From assembly GCA_040755855.1 (NCBI GenBank), contig JBFMAD010000002.1, forward strand, positions 224,001 through 288,000: a stretch of 64,000 nt of DNA. The letters run 5' to 3'. The notes beneath the pieces were generated by a model, which had not been told where the DNA came from, ran no database searches, and worked only from the letters and a program-made list of their open reading frames with translations. Of this stretch, positions 15,829-25,220 are shown piece after piece. Within the stretch, counting starts at the first letter, position 1. The number at the start of each line of letters is the position of its first letter. Made by a program: the position numbers and the translations under genes. Source of the stretch: Planctomycetota bacterium. Lineage in GTDB: Bacteria; Planctomycetota; Brocadiia; JAADGH01.

Positions 15829-18800
15829 TCACGGCCGCCCACCGAAACAGACCAGGCCGCCGTCCATCAACGCCGCCAGGACGCGGTCGTTTCGGTCAAT
15901 AGTCAGACCGTTGAGCATCGGCTCGGACGGCAGGGGCTGCTGCCAGAGGATGCGGCCGTCCCCCTTGTCGTGGGCGCGGAGGACCCACGCGGCGGCCGCC
16001 TCGCCTTCAGCCGGTTCCTGGCAGACCATCACGACGGCGTTGCGGCACATGGCAAGCGACAGCACGTTGCCTTCCACCGGTCCCCACTTCCCCGTCTTGC
16101 GCATCTTCACGTCCAGTTCGTCCAATAGGCCCCGACGCTTCCAGAAATCGGGGACCTTCTTCTGCAAGTCTTGTTCTTCCTGTCGGCGCGACTGAAGCAC
16201 CTTCTCCACAGCGTTTGCCTCCCAGCACACCAGGCCGCCGTACCGCGCCGTCAGGAATGCGAAGGCGTCGTCGTCCCAGGCGGGCGGGACGCTGGAGCGC
16301 TGGAAGAACGGGAATGGGTGGATCTGCTGCCCGGGGTCGCCCACCGGCCAGAAAGCAAATCCGGCCGAGCTGACCACCGCGCTGTCGCCGGAATACATCG
16401 AGCGCCCGCCGTGCACGACGAACCGATCTCGGAAGACGGCGACCTCGCTGCCCCGATTCGCGGTCGGCCGCCCCATCGGGTCCCGCGACGGGATGTATCG
16501 GCCTGTCTTGAGGTCGTACGAGACGGGCGAGACCTGATTACCGCTGGCCATCCAGAGCCGCCCGCCCGCAATCGTCAGATCGCCCTGGACGGAGACGCCT
16601 TTGCGGAGCTTCGCATCCAGATGGCCTGTCTCGGTGTTCTGCCAGAGGAGGCGGCCTGTCTTCGCGTCGAGGGCATAGACGTAGGTCCCGTCGCGGTCAA
16701 TGGTCCCCGCGGCCGCATAGGCCACGCCGTCTTCCACCAGCACGCCGCTGTTCACCGGCCACGTGGAGCACAGGCGGCCATAGACCATGATCCGCCGTTC
16801 GGTCGGCGCGGCGCGAAAGCGCCAGATCAACCGGCCCGTCGCCGCCTCCAGCGCGTAGATGTATCCGTCGCCCGACCCGACGAAGGCCCTGCCCTCCCAC
16901 ACGCTCGGCGGCAGCCGGATAGGGCCGGCCGTGGCGTAGTCCCATCGGAGCGCGCCGCTCTCGGCGTCAATGCACCGTATCTTGCCGTCGTCGCCGCCGA
17001 TGAACACGAGGCCCGCGACCGCCGCAGGCGCGGTGAGTTTGACCAACCCCCTGGGCCGGAACTCCCAGCGCTTTGCGACCTGCGCCGGCGCGGCGGCTCG
17101 CGATCCCGCCGTGCGCTGGTTGTTGGCGCGATAGGTGGGCCAGTCGTCACTATTTTGGATTTTGGATTGCGGATTTTGGATTGACGTGTCGTAGGCGGGC
17201 CCGCGTTCGAGGCGACCGTCCTCCCTTACTGCCTGATCGGGTCGGAAGTCGCCCGCGGGGCAGAGCGTCACCGTGCCCATGAGCGACAGATTGCAGTCGC
17301 ACAGCCACGGCCCGACATAGAGCAGCCCGTTGGCGGGGATGGCCCCGTCCATGCAGCCGGGGCGGACTGAACCGTCCACGAGGTATTCCCCGGTGGCGCG
17401 GTCGTATCGGCCCAGCCCCTCGCCGCGGCAGTAGAAGGCCTCGGGCGAGGCCGTGAGGCGGGTGCAACCGACCTTCTGAAATCCGAGGTCGCGCAAAACG
17501 TTGCCGGTGGCGGGATCCACTTCCAGCGTGTTCCCCTTCGGTCCGATGCCCGCGATGATGAGCTTGCCGTCGGCAAAGACAAGGTTCGGGTTGCTGCGGG
17601 TCTTGGGCATCGTCCAGAGGATCTTGCCGTCGGCGGCGGCGAGGGCGACGACGTTCGCGTGGGTCTGCGCCTCGATGAAGATCGCCTGCGGCGTGCAGAG
17701 GAGCATGCAGCAGGTGCGGAAGCCCGGCGTGCTGCTGAGTTTCTTGCCCGGTTCTTCGATCAACCTCAGCGTTTCCGCGTCCCTGTTTTCCCATAGCAGC
17801 TTGCCCGATTTTGCATCGAGGCAGCCGATTCGCGATTCAGGCGAGAAGAAGAACAGCTTGCCGTCGAGGAGGCCGAGGGCGCGGGAGTCCATCGCTTTGG
17901 GTTCGCGGTGGACCCAGCGCGTCTCCTTCCGGTCAAGATCATAGGCGGCGAGGGTCGCGGCGAAGCCCCAGGGGATGCGCGGCTGCTCGTAGTAGCCCTT
18001 GCACAGCTCCCCCCAGCTCCAATGGTCGCGCGGGCTGTGCACGAGGGTTTGCGCGGCGGGCGGCTCTTTCTCCCCCTTCTCCCCCACCAGGGCGTAGAGC
18101 GTGCGGCCCTCGAGGGCCATCCACTTCCAGTCCCCTTCGACGCCGGGGATGCGGAGGCTTCCCTTCTCCTCGCCGGTCTCCGGGTCGAGGAGGAGACAGC
18201 GCTGCCCGTCCATCAGGTAGAAGAGATCGTCCGCGGCGATGAAGGCGGAGCGGTGGACGAGATAGCCTTCCGGCAGCTTCCGCGTCCAGAGGATGGAGCC
18301 GTTGTAGCCGTTCCGCGCGCAGAGGAGGTTCAGGGTGGGTATCTCGCGGTCGTGGTGGGCGATGTGGCCCGACGCGACGAAGATGCGCCCGCCGGCGGCG
18401 GTGGTGACGACGGGCATGGCCATGTAGTAGGGCTTGCCCATCCATTGGGTAAGGTACGGGGCGCGGATGACGCGGTCGTGGGAGAGAGGATTGTTGTCAG
18501 GACCGTGCATCCAGTGTGACCATCGGTCCACGCCCTCGGGGGCGGGCTTCACGATTTCCGTCCACAGGCCGAATTCGCCCCGCGAGACGACGGCGTCCCT
18601 CGCTCCGGCGGCGGCGAGCCAGCCCTTCATTTCGTCGGCGGAGAGGACCTCGCCCCGCCCCTGGCGGCCGAGGATCGCCCTGGCGCGCGGCCGGAGGACG
18701 CGCAGCATCTCCGCGAGCGGGGTGGTCTGGAGCGTGTCGTCGGAGAGATCGGGAACGATAAGCAGATCAATGCTGTTGTCCGCATAGGGCAGGCGCGGTC

Positions 18801-19083
18801 CGGGGAGCCGCTCCGCGATCAGCCGGTCGCCCAACATGCCTGCCTCGTCTCTCGCCTCGGCGGCGGCGTTGGGGTCGGCGTCGAAGGCATGGACGAGGAG
18901 GCCGCTCTTCTGGGCCAGTTGCACCAGCAGTTCGGGGTCCACGCAGCTCGTCACGGCGCAGAGGCCCTTCTGGACCTTTCCCTTCCCGACGAGGAATTCC
19001 GCGAGGTCGCCGTCGTGGGCAAATGCGCCGGCGAGGACGTGAAAGCTCAGGCACAGCGCGACGATTCGAGCAACCGTGGACAT
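15829..19083 (-). CDS. Secreted methyltransferase-like plus PQQ-binding-like beta-propeller protein
   Basis: ATG at 19083 after GGAGG, signal peptide 'MSTVARIVALCL'; 'LPYADNSIDL...EMLRVLRP'; repeated '(A/L)DAxxGxxxW' blades. Confidence 0.88.
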   Translation of the reverse strand: MSTVARIVALCLSFHVLAGAFAHDGDLAEFLVGKGKVQKGLCAVTSCVDPELLVQLAQKSGLLVHAFDADPNAAAEARDEAGMLGDRLIAERLPGPRLPYADNSIDLLIVPDLSDDTLQTTPLAEMLRVLRPRARAILGRQGRGEVLSADEMKGWLAAAGARDAVVSRGEFGLWTEIVKPAPEGVDRWSHWMHGPDNNPLSHDRVIRAPYLTQWMGKPYYMAMPVVTTAAGGRIFVASGHIAHHDREIPTLNLLCARNGYNGSILWTRKLPEGYLVHRSAFIAADDLFYLMDGQRCLLLDPETGEEKGSLRIPGVEGDWKWMALEGRTLYALVGEKGEKEPPAAQTLVHSPRDHWSWGELCKGYYEQPRIPWGFAATLAAYDLDRKETRWVHREPKAMDSRALGLLDGKLFFFSPESRIGCLDAKSGKLLWENRDAETLRLIEEPGKKLSSTPGFRTCCMLLCTPQAIFIEAQTHANVVALAAADGKILWTMPKTRSNPNLVFADGKLIIAGIGPKGNTLEVDPATGNVLRDLGFQKVGCTRLTASPEAFYCRGEGLGRYDRATGEYLVDGSVRPGCMDGAIPANGLLYVGPWLCDCNLSLMGTVTLCPAGDFRPDQAVREDGRLERGPAYDTSIQNPQSKIQNSDDWPTYRANNQRTAGSRAAAPAQVAKRWEFRPRGLVKLTAPAAVAGLVFIGGDDGKIRCIDAESGALRWDYATAGPIRLPPSVWEGRAFVGSGDGYIYALEAATGRLIWRFRAAPTERRIMVYGRLCSTWPVNSGVLVEDGVAYAAAGTIDRDGTYVYALDAKTGRLLWQNTETGHLDAKLRKGVSVQGDLTIAGGRLWMASGNQVSPVSYDLKTGRYIPSRDPMGRPTANRGSEVAVFRDRFVVHGGRSMYSGDSAVVSSAGFAFWPVGDPGQQIHPFPFFQRSSVPPAWDDDAFAFLTARYGGLVCWEANAVEKVLQSRRQEEQDLQKKVPDFWKRRGLLDELDVKMRKTGKWGPVEGNVLSLAMCRNAVVMVCQEPAEGEAAAAWVLRAHDKGDGRILWQQPLPSEPMLNGLTIDRNDRVLAALMDGGLVCFGGRP
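17152..17182. repeat. Heptamer tandem repeat inside a CDS
   Basis: ATTTTGG ATTTTGG ATTGCGG ATTTTGG ATT, encoding 'IQNPQSKIQN' on the minus strand. Confidence 0.85.
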
Positions 19084-19109
19084 TGCGCACCTCCGTACGG
19101 AAGCCTGCA

Positions 19110-20471
19110 CTATGGCTCGCGAGGATCGTTCGCAACCAAAGAGTTGAGATACTCCTCGATGTTCGTGTATCCGTCCTTGTCGCGGTCGGCGTTGGCATCG
19201 GCGGCGTCGTGAGGGTTCAACCCTTGCGCCGTTTCCCAGCCGTCCGGCATGCCATCCTGGTCGCTGTCTTTGGGTGGGACGCCCTTGTCCAGCACGGGCC
19301 ACCCGCCGACGTCCGAGGGGTGGTCAATGATGCGGCCGGCACCGGTATTCACCTCACGGATGAGCCGCGTGTCCACGGCGTCTCGTTGCGGCCGCGTTGC
19401 GCCCGCGTCGGCGAGCACGCGGTGGTAGGTCTCCTCGTATGAATAAGTGGCAACGGGCGGCGCGTCAAACCGCTCCGGGGCCTTCAGCCCGGGGCGCAGT
19501 TCTTTGGGGTTCCACGAGACGGCCTTCCATTCGTCCTCGTCGCGGCTGGTCCGTGTCGGACCGATATTGCCGCGGGCGTAAATCTTCGCGTTCACGCCCA
19601 TGGTCAGACACGGTCGCGGACGGCTGCTCGGCCCGGCGATGTAATAGTTGCCCACAAAATTGATGCACCCGTTGTGGTTTGTCTTCTGGTAGCCAATGCC
19701 CGCGGCGTTGCCCCAGTTATAGACCACATTGTTTACAACGTCCACAATGTACGGGAACTCGCCTTCCGTCGGCAGATAGGGATTGCGGTCGTAGCAGTGC
19801 ATGATGAGGTTGTGGTGAAGCGTGATCCGCGTCGGCCCATAGGCGACCATCAGCCCCTTGCTGTGCGCTCCCTTGGAATGAGTGCTTCGGTTCAGGCCCT
19901 CCGAGACGATGCACCACTGTACGGTGATATCATGCGCATCGCCTTGCTGCTTGGGGAAGGCGGTGATGCTGAGGCACTCGTCCACGCCCCAGCTCACCGA
20001 GCAGTGGTCCACGATCATGTTATAGACGCTGTTGATCCCCAAGGCGTCGGGTTCTCGGTCCGGACCCTGGTCGCCGGTTCGGATGTGCAGATAGCGCAGC
20101 ACTACATCGTGAACACCCCCACTGAAAATCAACGACGCGTTGCTGATGCACACACCGCCGCCCGGCGCGGTCTGGCCGGCGATGGTCAGGTAGGAACGTT
20201 CCTCCCCCTCCACGTGCAGGGCCTTCTTCAATCGGATCGTGCCGCCCACGTCAAAGACCACGATGCGCGGGCCTTTGCTTGTAAGAGCGTACCGAAGGGT
20301 CCCAGGACTGTCATTGTCTTCTATGGTCGTGACGTGGATCACGCGCCCGCCGCGGCCCCCCGGCGTATCACCGCCAAACCCCTCCGCGCTGGGAAACGCC
20401 GGAAGCCGGGCATGGGCATGGGCAATGGACGAAACGATCACAAACAGGAGGAGCGGCGACAACTGCTTCAT
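19110..20471 (-). CDS. Pectate lyase (PL1-like), secreted
   Basis: 'PAFPSAEGFGGDTPGGRGG', 'TIAGQTAPG', 'IVDHCSVSWGVDE', 'DSDQDGMPDGWE', 'GYTNIEEYLN'. Confidence 0.92.
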   Translation of the reverse strand: MKQLSPLLLFVIVSSIAHAHARLPAFPSAEGFGGDTPGGRGGRVIHVTTIEDNDSPGTLRYALTSKGPRIVVFDVGGTIRLKKALHVEGEERSYLTIAGQTAPGGGVCISNASLIFSGGVHDVVLRYLHIRTGDQGPDREPDALGINSVYNMIVDHCSVSWGVDECLSITAFPKQQGDAHDITVQWCIVSEGLNRSTHSKGAHSKGLMVAYGPTRITLHHNLIMHCYDRNPYLPTEGEFPYIVDVVNNVVYNWGNAAGIGYQKTNHNGCINFVGNYYIAGPSSRPRPCLTMGVNAKIYARGNIGPTRTSRDEDEWKAVSWNPKELRPGLKAPERFDAPPVATYSYEETYHRVLADAGATRPQRDAVDTRLIREVNTGAGRIIDHPSDVGGWPVLDKGVPPKDSDQDGMPDGWETAQGLNPHDAADANADRDKDGYTNIEEYLNSLVANDPREP

Positions 20472-20514
20472 TTTTGAATCTGCTAATATAAAAAAATTTT
20501 ATTTCGCCCGCCCC

Positions 20515-20544
20515 AATTAAAGGATTTGGCGGTTTCCTTTAATT
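20515..20544. promoter_or_regulatory. Palindrome upstream of the pectate lyase, candidate operator
   Basis: AATTAAAGGA-N10-TCCTTTAATT, perfect 10-bp arms. Confidence 0.45.
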
Positions 20545-20640
20545 CGCCTGTCCGCGTGTCGCAGAATGCGGCACTGAACCATCTATTCAACCAAAACGGC
20601 TCTCAAATTGCAACGCATTTGCGGCAGCCCGCCTTTCCCG

Positions 20641-20683
20641 CCCACACGCCCATACCCCCATACGCCCACACCCCCACACTCCC
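20641..20683. repeat. Octamer tandem repeat (CCCAYACN)x5
   Basis: cccacacg cccatacc cccatacg cccacacc cccacact ccc. Confidence 0.85.
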
Positions 20684-20700
20684 TCTCTTCCGACCGGAAC

Positions 20701-22686
20701 TCACTTCCCGCCGTCGAACCATAGATCGAGCCGGGCCGAGACCTTGCGACCGCGCTCCACCGCCCCCCGCGGCACGGGGTAGTGGCAGAGGAGATACTCA
20801 TCCTGGCCCGACGGACGATGGTCCACCAAGTGCATCGGACTGGACGCGACGATCCGCACGCGGACTCCTCCGGGCCGCGAGATCGCCTCGCACTCGGACG
20901 CATCCTTCAAAAGCGTTCCCTTAGTGATCTCCGCGGGCAGGGCCGTCTCCATCTTTCCGCCGCGGACCAGTCCGCCGGCGAAGAGCTCCACGGGCAGGCC
21001 GACGAAATGCCGCCACATGCGGAGATCGAGGTCGGTGAGCGCCTCGGCGTCGAAGGTGAGGCAGACATGGTTGTCCGCGCCGAGTTCGATCCGCTCCGTG
21101 AAGGCGATCTTCTGCTGCTCCAGGGCGAGTGTGCCCCGGGCGGTCAGCGCGATGGAGGTCGCCGTGTTCTCGACGGAGGTGGTCACGCCCTCTCGATGGA
21201 ATCGCTTCCAGCCGGAGGCGGAGATGCCGGGCGAGCCGCCTCGGATCACCGGCAGGCCGTGAAGCGTCATGTTCCGCACGGCCTGATCGCCGTCGAGCCA
21301 CACGTCCAGGCCCCCGGGGGAGCGGATGACGCGGCCGTGCGCCGCCTCGACGACCTGGAGGTCCTTCGCCGCGAGGGGCAGCGTCGCCTTCGGCGGCGCA
21401 TCCGCCGGACTGAGCGGCGCGTCGCTGGGCAGGAAGATGCGGCCATCCATGGCGGGCACGATGAATTTCTCCACAACGAGATCCGTTGTGACATCCTTCA
21501 TCTTCCTGTTCAACGAGACCTCAACGTCGTATAGGCCGGGATTGCAGACCACCAGGCCGCCGTCGTATTCCCTCCGCCAAGTGCCGTCTTCGTGCTTTCG
21601 GCATGGCCCCTTGGGGTAGCCGAGCGGGGCGTCGTATTCCTTGTACCACCAGTATCGTCCGCGCCCGGCGTTGCCCGCGTCGAAGGCGTGGTAGCCGTCG
21701 CCCATGAGGGTGGTGGTAAGGCCGAGTCGCATCATGCGCTCGTCCTTCTGCCCCTCGGCCATGCGCCGCTCCTTCTCCTCCTTGTGCAGGGCGCGCCACA
21801 CATAGGGATCAATCCATCCCATGTTGGCCGTGGTGGCGAAGGACGTGATGATGGGCTTCCGGCCCTTCTCGAACCATGCGAGGTAGTTGGCCATCATCTT
21901 GTCGAAGGACAGTTCGCCGCGCGTGACGCGGACCACCTGGTCCTCGCCCAGGCAGCCGTTGAGGTATTCGTAGCCGTAGTCGGTGATGACCCAGTCGTTG
22001 ATCATGACGAGGGCGTCGCCGCCGCGCATCCGGGAGGTCTCGCGGATGATGCGCATGTTGTTCTCGAGCCAGAGCCGGTCGAGTTCGGCGGGGTCGTCAC
22101 GCTTGCCGTCGCGGTTCGTATCGAGGTCGCCGTCGTTTGTGCCCGAAATTTTTCGGGAGAAGCAGTCGTAGAAGATGCCGTCGAAGCAGTCATGGGAGAG
22201 CAGCTCGTCGCGGGCGAGCCAGAGGATGTAGTCCACCACCTTGGTGCTGGTGAGGTCCACCCGGCAGCAGCCGGGCCAGTTGGGGATGAGCCGGCCCTTC
22301 GTGTCCTTGAGCCAGAAGTGATCGGGGACGGGGTTGTCCTCGGTGGTGGCCTCGATGAGGACGATGTAGGGCAGGGCGAGGAAGTTCGGGTTGATCTGCC
22401 GGATCTTGGCGATGTTCTTTTCGCATCGGGGGATGTTGTCCTTGAGCCGCCTGCCCTCCTTGCCCCATGTCCTGTCCCAATTGTAATGGACGTCCATGCA
22501 CCCGCCGGCGATGAGGTCGTAGCGGGCGGCCTTGCGGATCTCCTCGTCGTTCATCTCCTTCCACCCGACGCCCGCGCCGTAGAAGTTGGCGATGCGGGGG
22601 AAGTCGGGGTTGATCTTCGCCGCCCGGCCCTGCGCCGCCGCCGTGGAAAGCCCGAGGCACAGGATAAACAGAACGTACCTTCTCAT
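20701..22686 (-). CDS. Secreted putative glycoside hydrolase (GHL15-like TIM barrel)
   Basis: Signal peptide; 'FDGIFYDC', 'GLTTTLMGDGY', 'WWYKEYDAPLGYP', 'WRREYDGGLVVCNP'. Confidence 0.75.
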   Translation of the reverse strand: MRRYVLFILCLGLSTAAAQGRAAKINPDFPRIANFYGAGVGWKEMNDEEIRKAARYDLIAGGCMDVHYNWDRTWGKEGRRLKDNIPRCEKNIAKIRQINPNFLALPYIVLIEATTEDNPVPDHFWLKDTKGRLIPNWPGCCRVDLTSTKVVDYILWLARDELLSHDCFDGIFYDCFSRKISGTNDGDLDTNRDGKRDDPAELDRLWLENNMRIIRETSRMRGGDALVMINDWVITDYGYEYLNGCLGEDQVVRVTRGELSFDKMMANYLAWFEKGRKPIITSFATTANMGWIDPYVWRALHKEEKERRMAEGQKDERMMRLGLTTTLMGDGYHAFDAGNAGRGRYWWYKEYDAPLGYPKGPCRKHEDGTWRREYDGGLVVCNPGLYDVEVSLNRKMKDVTTDLVVEKFIVPAMDGRIFLPSDAPLSPADAPPKATLPLAAKDLQVVEAAHGRVIRSPGGLDVWLDGDQAVRNMTLHGLPVIRGGSPGISASGWKRFHREGVTTSVENTATSIALTARGTLALEQQKIAFTERIELGADNHVCLTFDAEALTDLDLRMWRHFVGLPVELFAGGLVRGGKMETALPAEITKGTLLKDASECEAISRPGGVRVRIVASSPMHLVDHRPSGQDEYLLCHYPVPRGAVERGRKVSARLDLWFDGGK

Positions 22687-22713
22687 AGGTCAACTCCCTC
22701 GTCTCGGTTTCGT

Positions 22714-25143
22714 TTATGGCTTATGCAACGGCCCTGTGGGGGGACCGATCGCGTCCGTGCGTCCGCGATAAGTGACTTCAACAGTGGTCTCGTCCACACG
22801 TCTTGCCTGGAGCGCATTCTCCTCGCCTGCCGGCGTGACCGCGAAGACGTTGATGAAGATGCGGCGGTCGCCCGGCTTGAGGTCGCCCTCGAATCGTTCC
22901 TGGAGGACATGGACCTCCGGCCCTGCGTATGGATAGCCCGCCCATGTCTCCGGCGGATCGATGCCCAGAGTCAATGACTCGGCGGCGGCGTCGCAGTGGA
23001 CGAGGACAAGGCTCAGCTCGCGCCGGTCCTTCACGTCCGCATCGGGCTTCGGCCTCTGCGTGACCTGGAAGCGGTGATCCTTCAGGCGCGGCTCGCCGAT
23101 GGTGCGCCATCGGCACGTCAGGACCACCGGTCCGGCCTCGCGCGCCACGAGCTCATCAAAGACGACGAAGTGTCTCTCCTTTGCCCAGATGATGTGGCGC
23201 GTCCAGTCCATGCCATTGATGTCGCGGGAGATGGTGGATGTTGCGCCGAAGTCCTCGCCGTCGCGGCGGAACAGGAGACCGCTGAACGTGGGTATCTTGT
23301 CCGCAGGCGACTCCTCTCCGTTGTTCACCCCGGGCCGGGCTACGGTGACGGCGTTGTGCTGGTCGGCGCGAGCGGCGTGGATGCCTTCACGATATTTCGG
23401 CTGGTAGCCGCGCTCGACGAGCCAGGTTCGGTTTTCGTCGTCGAACTGGAGGATCGAGTTGCCGTCGTCGTGGCCGTGGTAGCCGAAGGAGAGGCCGTCC
23501 AGCAGCAGGTATTGATCGTTCGGATCGAAGGAGCGGCGGAAGGAGATCTTGTCGAAGCGTTCCTTTTCATGGACGGGAATCCCGCCGCGCCAGTCCATGT
23601 AGAAATCGTAGAACAGCGGTTCCAACGGGTGGACGTGGACGCCGAGGTAGTCGTCCCTTCGCTTCTCTCCGAGCATCTTCCGGAATTCGTCGGTCATCGA
23701 GAGCGGCGTGGTTTTCACAATCGCGTCAAATACGTCTGTCTCGACCCCTCCGGGGACGACCCGCTTCTGGGGGTACTCGCTCACATCGCCGAACCCCGGC
23801 CCGTCTCCGATGTTGTTGCTTGACATGATGACCAGGTCCATGAACTTCCAGAGCGCTCCGTCCTTGGCGAAGAACTCGCTGCGCCCTTCGGCGATGGCGA
23901 AATCGGCGGCAAGGCTCATGGCCCCGTGTTGGTAGGTGGAGCAATCCTCCATGGGCTTGCTGGTGTGCATCATCGGCTCGAAGGCCCAGTGCGCGCAACG
24001 ATTCCAGACGGGGACCTCGGGGATGTTGTACCGCTCGAAATACCGCGCCGCAAAGAGAAGCGCCCGCGCCGGGTGGGTCATGTGGTTGTGCGACAGAAAG
24101 GGATGCCTCTTGTTGAATTCGGCGGCGGCATCCATCTTCTCGGGTACCATACTCTCCTTTGGGTAGCTGTACGCCCATCCTGCGAGGTTCAGTTTGGGCC
24201 ACTCCTCCGGATATCGCTCTCGGTAGTCGCGATAGTACCGATTGAGACAGTAGGCCGACCAGTCAATGAAGGAGGTACGGGCCATGAGGTAAAGCGTGTT
24301 GACGATTTCCAGTCGCCAAGCGTCGTCGAAGCCGCTGTCCGACTCGATTTCATCCCAGCGCTTGATCGGATAATGCATCTCGAACGAGGTGTTTCCCACG
24401 TTTTGCCGGGGCAGCTCAGGCGTTTCCAGGTATTCGATATACCGCCCGATCATCATCCGCAACGTATCCGGGTCCACTCCCCAGCCGGCTGTTCGCTTGA
24501 CGAGGAGGCGGAGGCTGTTCATGCCGCCCTCCTTGCCGTGCGCCTCGGCCCATAGCGCGGACTGGATGGCATGGTCCCGAAAGGCGTCCGTCGGGAGGGC
24601 AAAGGGCTTCGGCTCGGATTCGGGCCGGGAATCCGCCGGGCAAAGCTCCTTGATGTAGTAGGCCTCACTGGCCTCGTAAAGGCGCAGGCTGTCTATCACG
24701 CAGCCGGGACCCTCTCTCAGCGTGAGCGTGACATCCAACTTGTCCGCGCCGTCGCCTGGCAGCAACACCTTCTTGTTCGTGTAGGTCGTCGTGCATGGAA
24801 AGACGCGACCGACGATCTTTCCCCCGGCCGCCACTTCGATCCAGTTGAACGTGGCGTCCTCGATCGCCTTGCTGCGGCACATGAGGGCATACGTCGTTCC
24901 CGCCTTCGTTTGCACAGGAAGCGAGACTCGGAGCGTCGTATGCTTCTGGTCCAACACCACGCCGCCGTCGCGCCGCTCCAGTCCCGCCACCCCTGGGAGC
25001 GCCTCCGCCTCGAAGGCCGTCCCCGGCGCGAACTTGGTCCGCTCCTCGAGCGGAAACGCCTCCCCGCCACAGGCCGTGAGAGCGGCGGCGATAAGGATAG
25101 GAAGGATCAGGCCGAGAATCCTTGTGTGGCTATTGATACACAT
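22714..25143 (-). CDS. Putative lipoprotein, heparinase II/III-like
   Basis: Likely ATG at 25143 with lipobox 'LTAC'; 'YLLLDGLSFGYHGHDDGNSI', 'HNAV', 'WTRHIIW...FVVFD'. Confidence 0.7.
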   Translation of the reverse strand: MCINSHTRILGLILPILIAAALTACGGEAFPLEERTKFAPGTAFEAEALPGVAGLERRDGGVVLDQKHTTLRVSLPVQTKAGTTYALMCRSKAIEDATFNWIEVAAGGKIVGRVFPCTTTYTNKKVLLPGDGADKLDVTLTLREGPGCVIDSLRLYEASEAYYIKELCPADSRPESEPKPFALPTDAFRDHAIQSALWAEAHGKEGGMNSLRLLVKRTAGWGVDPDTLRMMIGRYIEYLETPELPRQNVGNTSFEMHYPIKRWDEIESDSGFDDAWRLEIVNTLYLMARTSFIDWSAYCLNRYYRDYRERYPEEWPKLNLAGWAYSYPKESMVPEKMDAAAEFNKRHPFLSHNHMTHPARALLFAARYFERYNIPEVPVWNRCAHWAFEPMMHTSKPMEDCSTYQHGAMSLAADFAIAEGRSEFFAKDGALWKFMDLVIMSSNNIGDGPGFGDVSEYPQKRVVPGGVETDVFDAIVKTTPLSMTDEFRKMLGEKRRDDYLGVHVHPLEPLFYDFYMDWRGGIPVHEKERFDKISFRRSFDPNDQYLLLDGLSFGYHGHDDGNSILQFDDENRTWLVERGYQPKYREGIHAARADQHNAVTVARPGVNNGEESPADKIPTFSGLLFRRDGEDFGATSTISRDINGMDWTRHIIWAKERHFVVFDELVAREAGPVVLTCRWRTIGEPRLKDHRFQVTQRPKPDADVKDRRELSLVLVHCDAAAESLTLGIDPPETWAGYPYAGPEVHVLQERFEGDLKPGDRRIFINVFAVTPAGEENALQARRVDETTVEVTYRGRTDAIGPPTGPLHKP

Positions 25144-25220
25144 GCTTGGTTCTCCAAAGACATCCATCACCATTGAGAACGAGAACGATTGCGATGACGG
25201 TAACGGGGGCGAACAACCGA

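Noticed and set aside
19084..19302. N-terminal extensions in the ORF track (also 25144-25479, 47646-47753, 42946-43008)
   Set aside because: They overlap neighbouring genes or promoters; downstream ATGs with an RBS or signal peptide fit better.
20641..20683. CRISPR array
   Set aside because: Only short tandem repeats without spacers; no cas genes or regularly spaced 23-47-bp repeats seen in the window.
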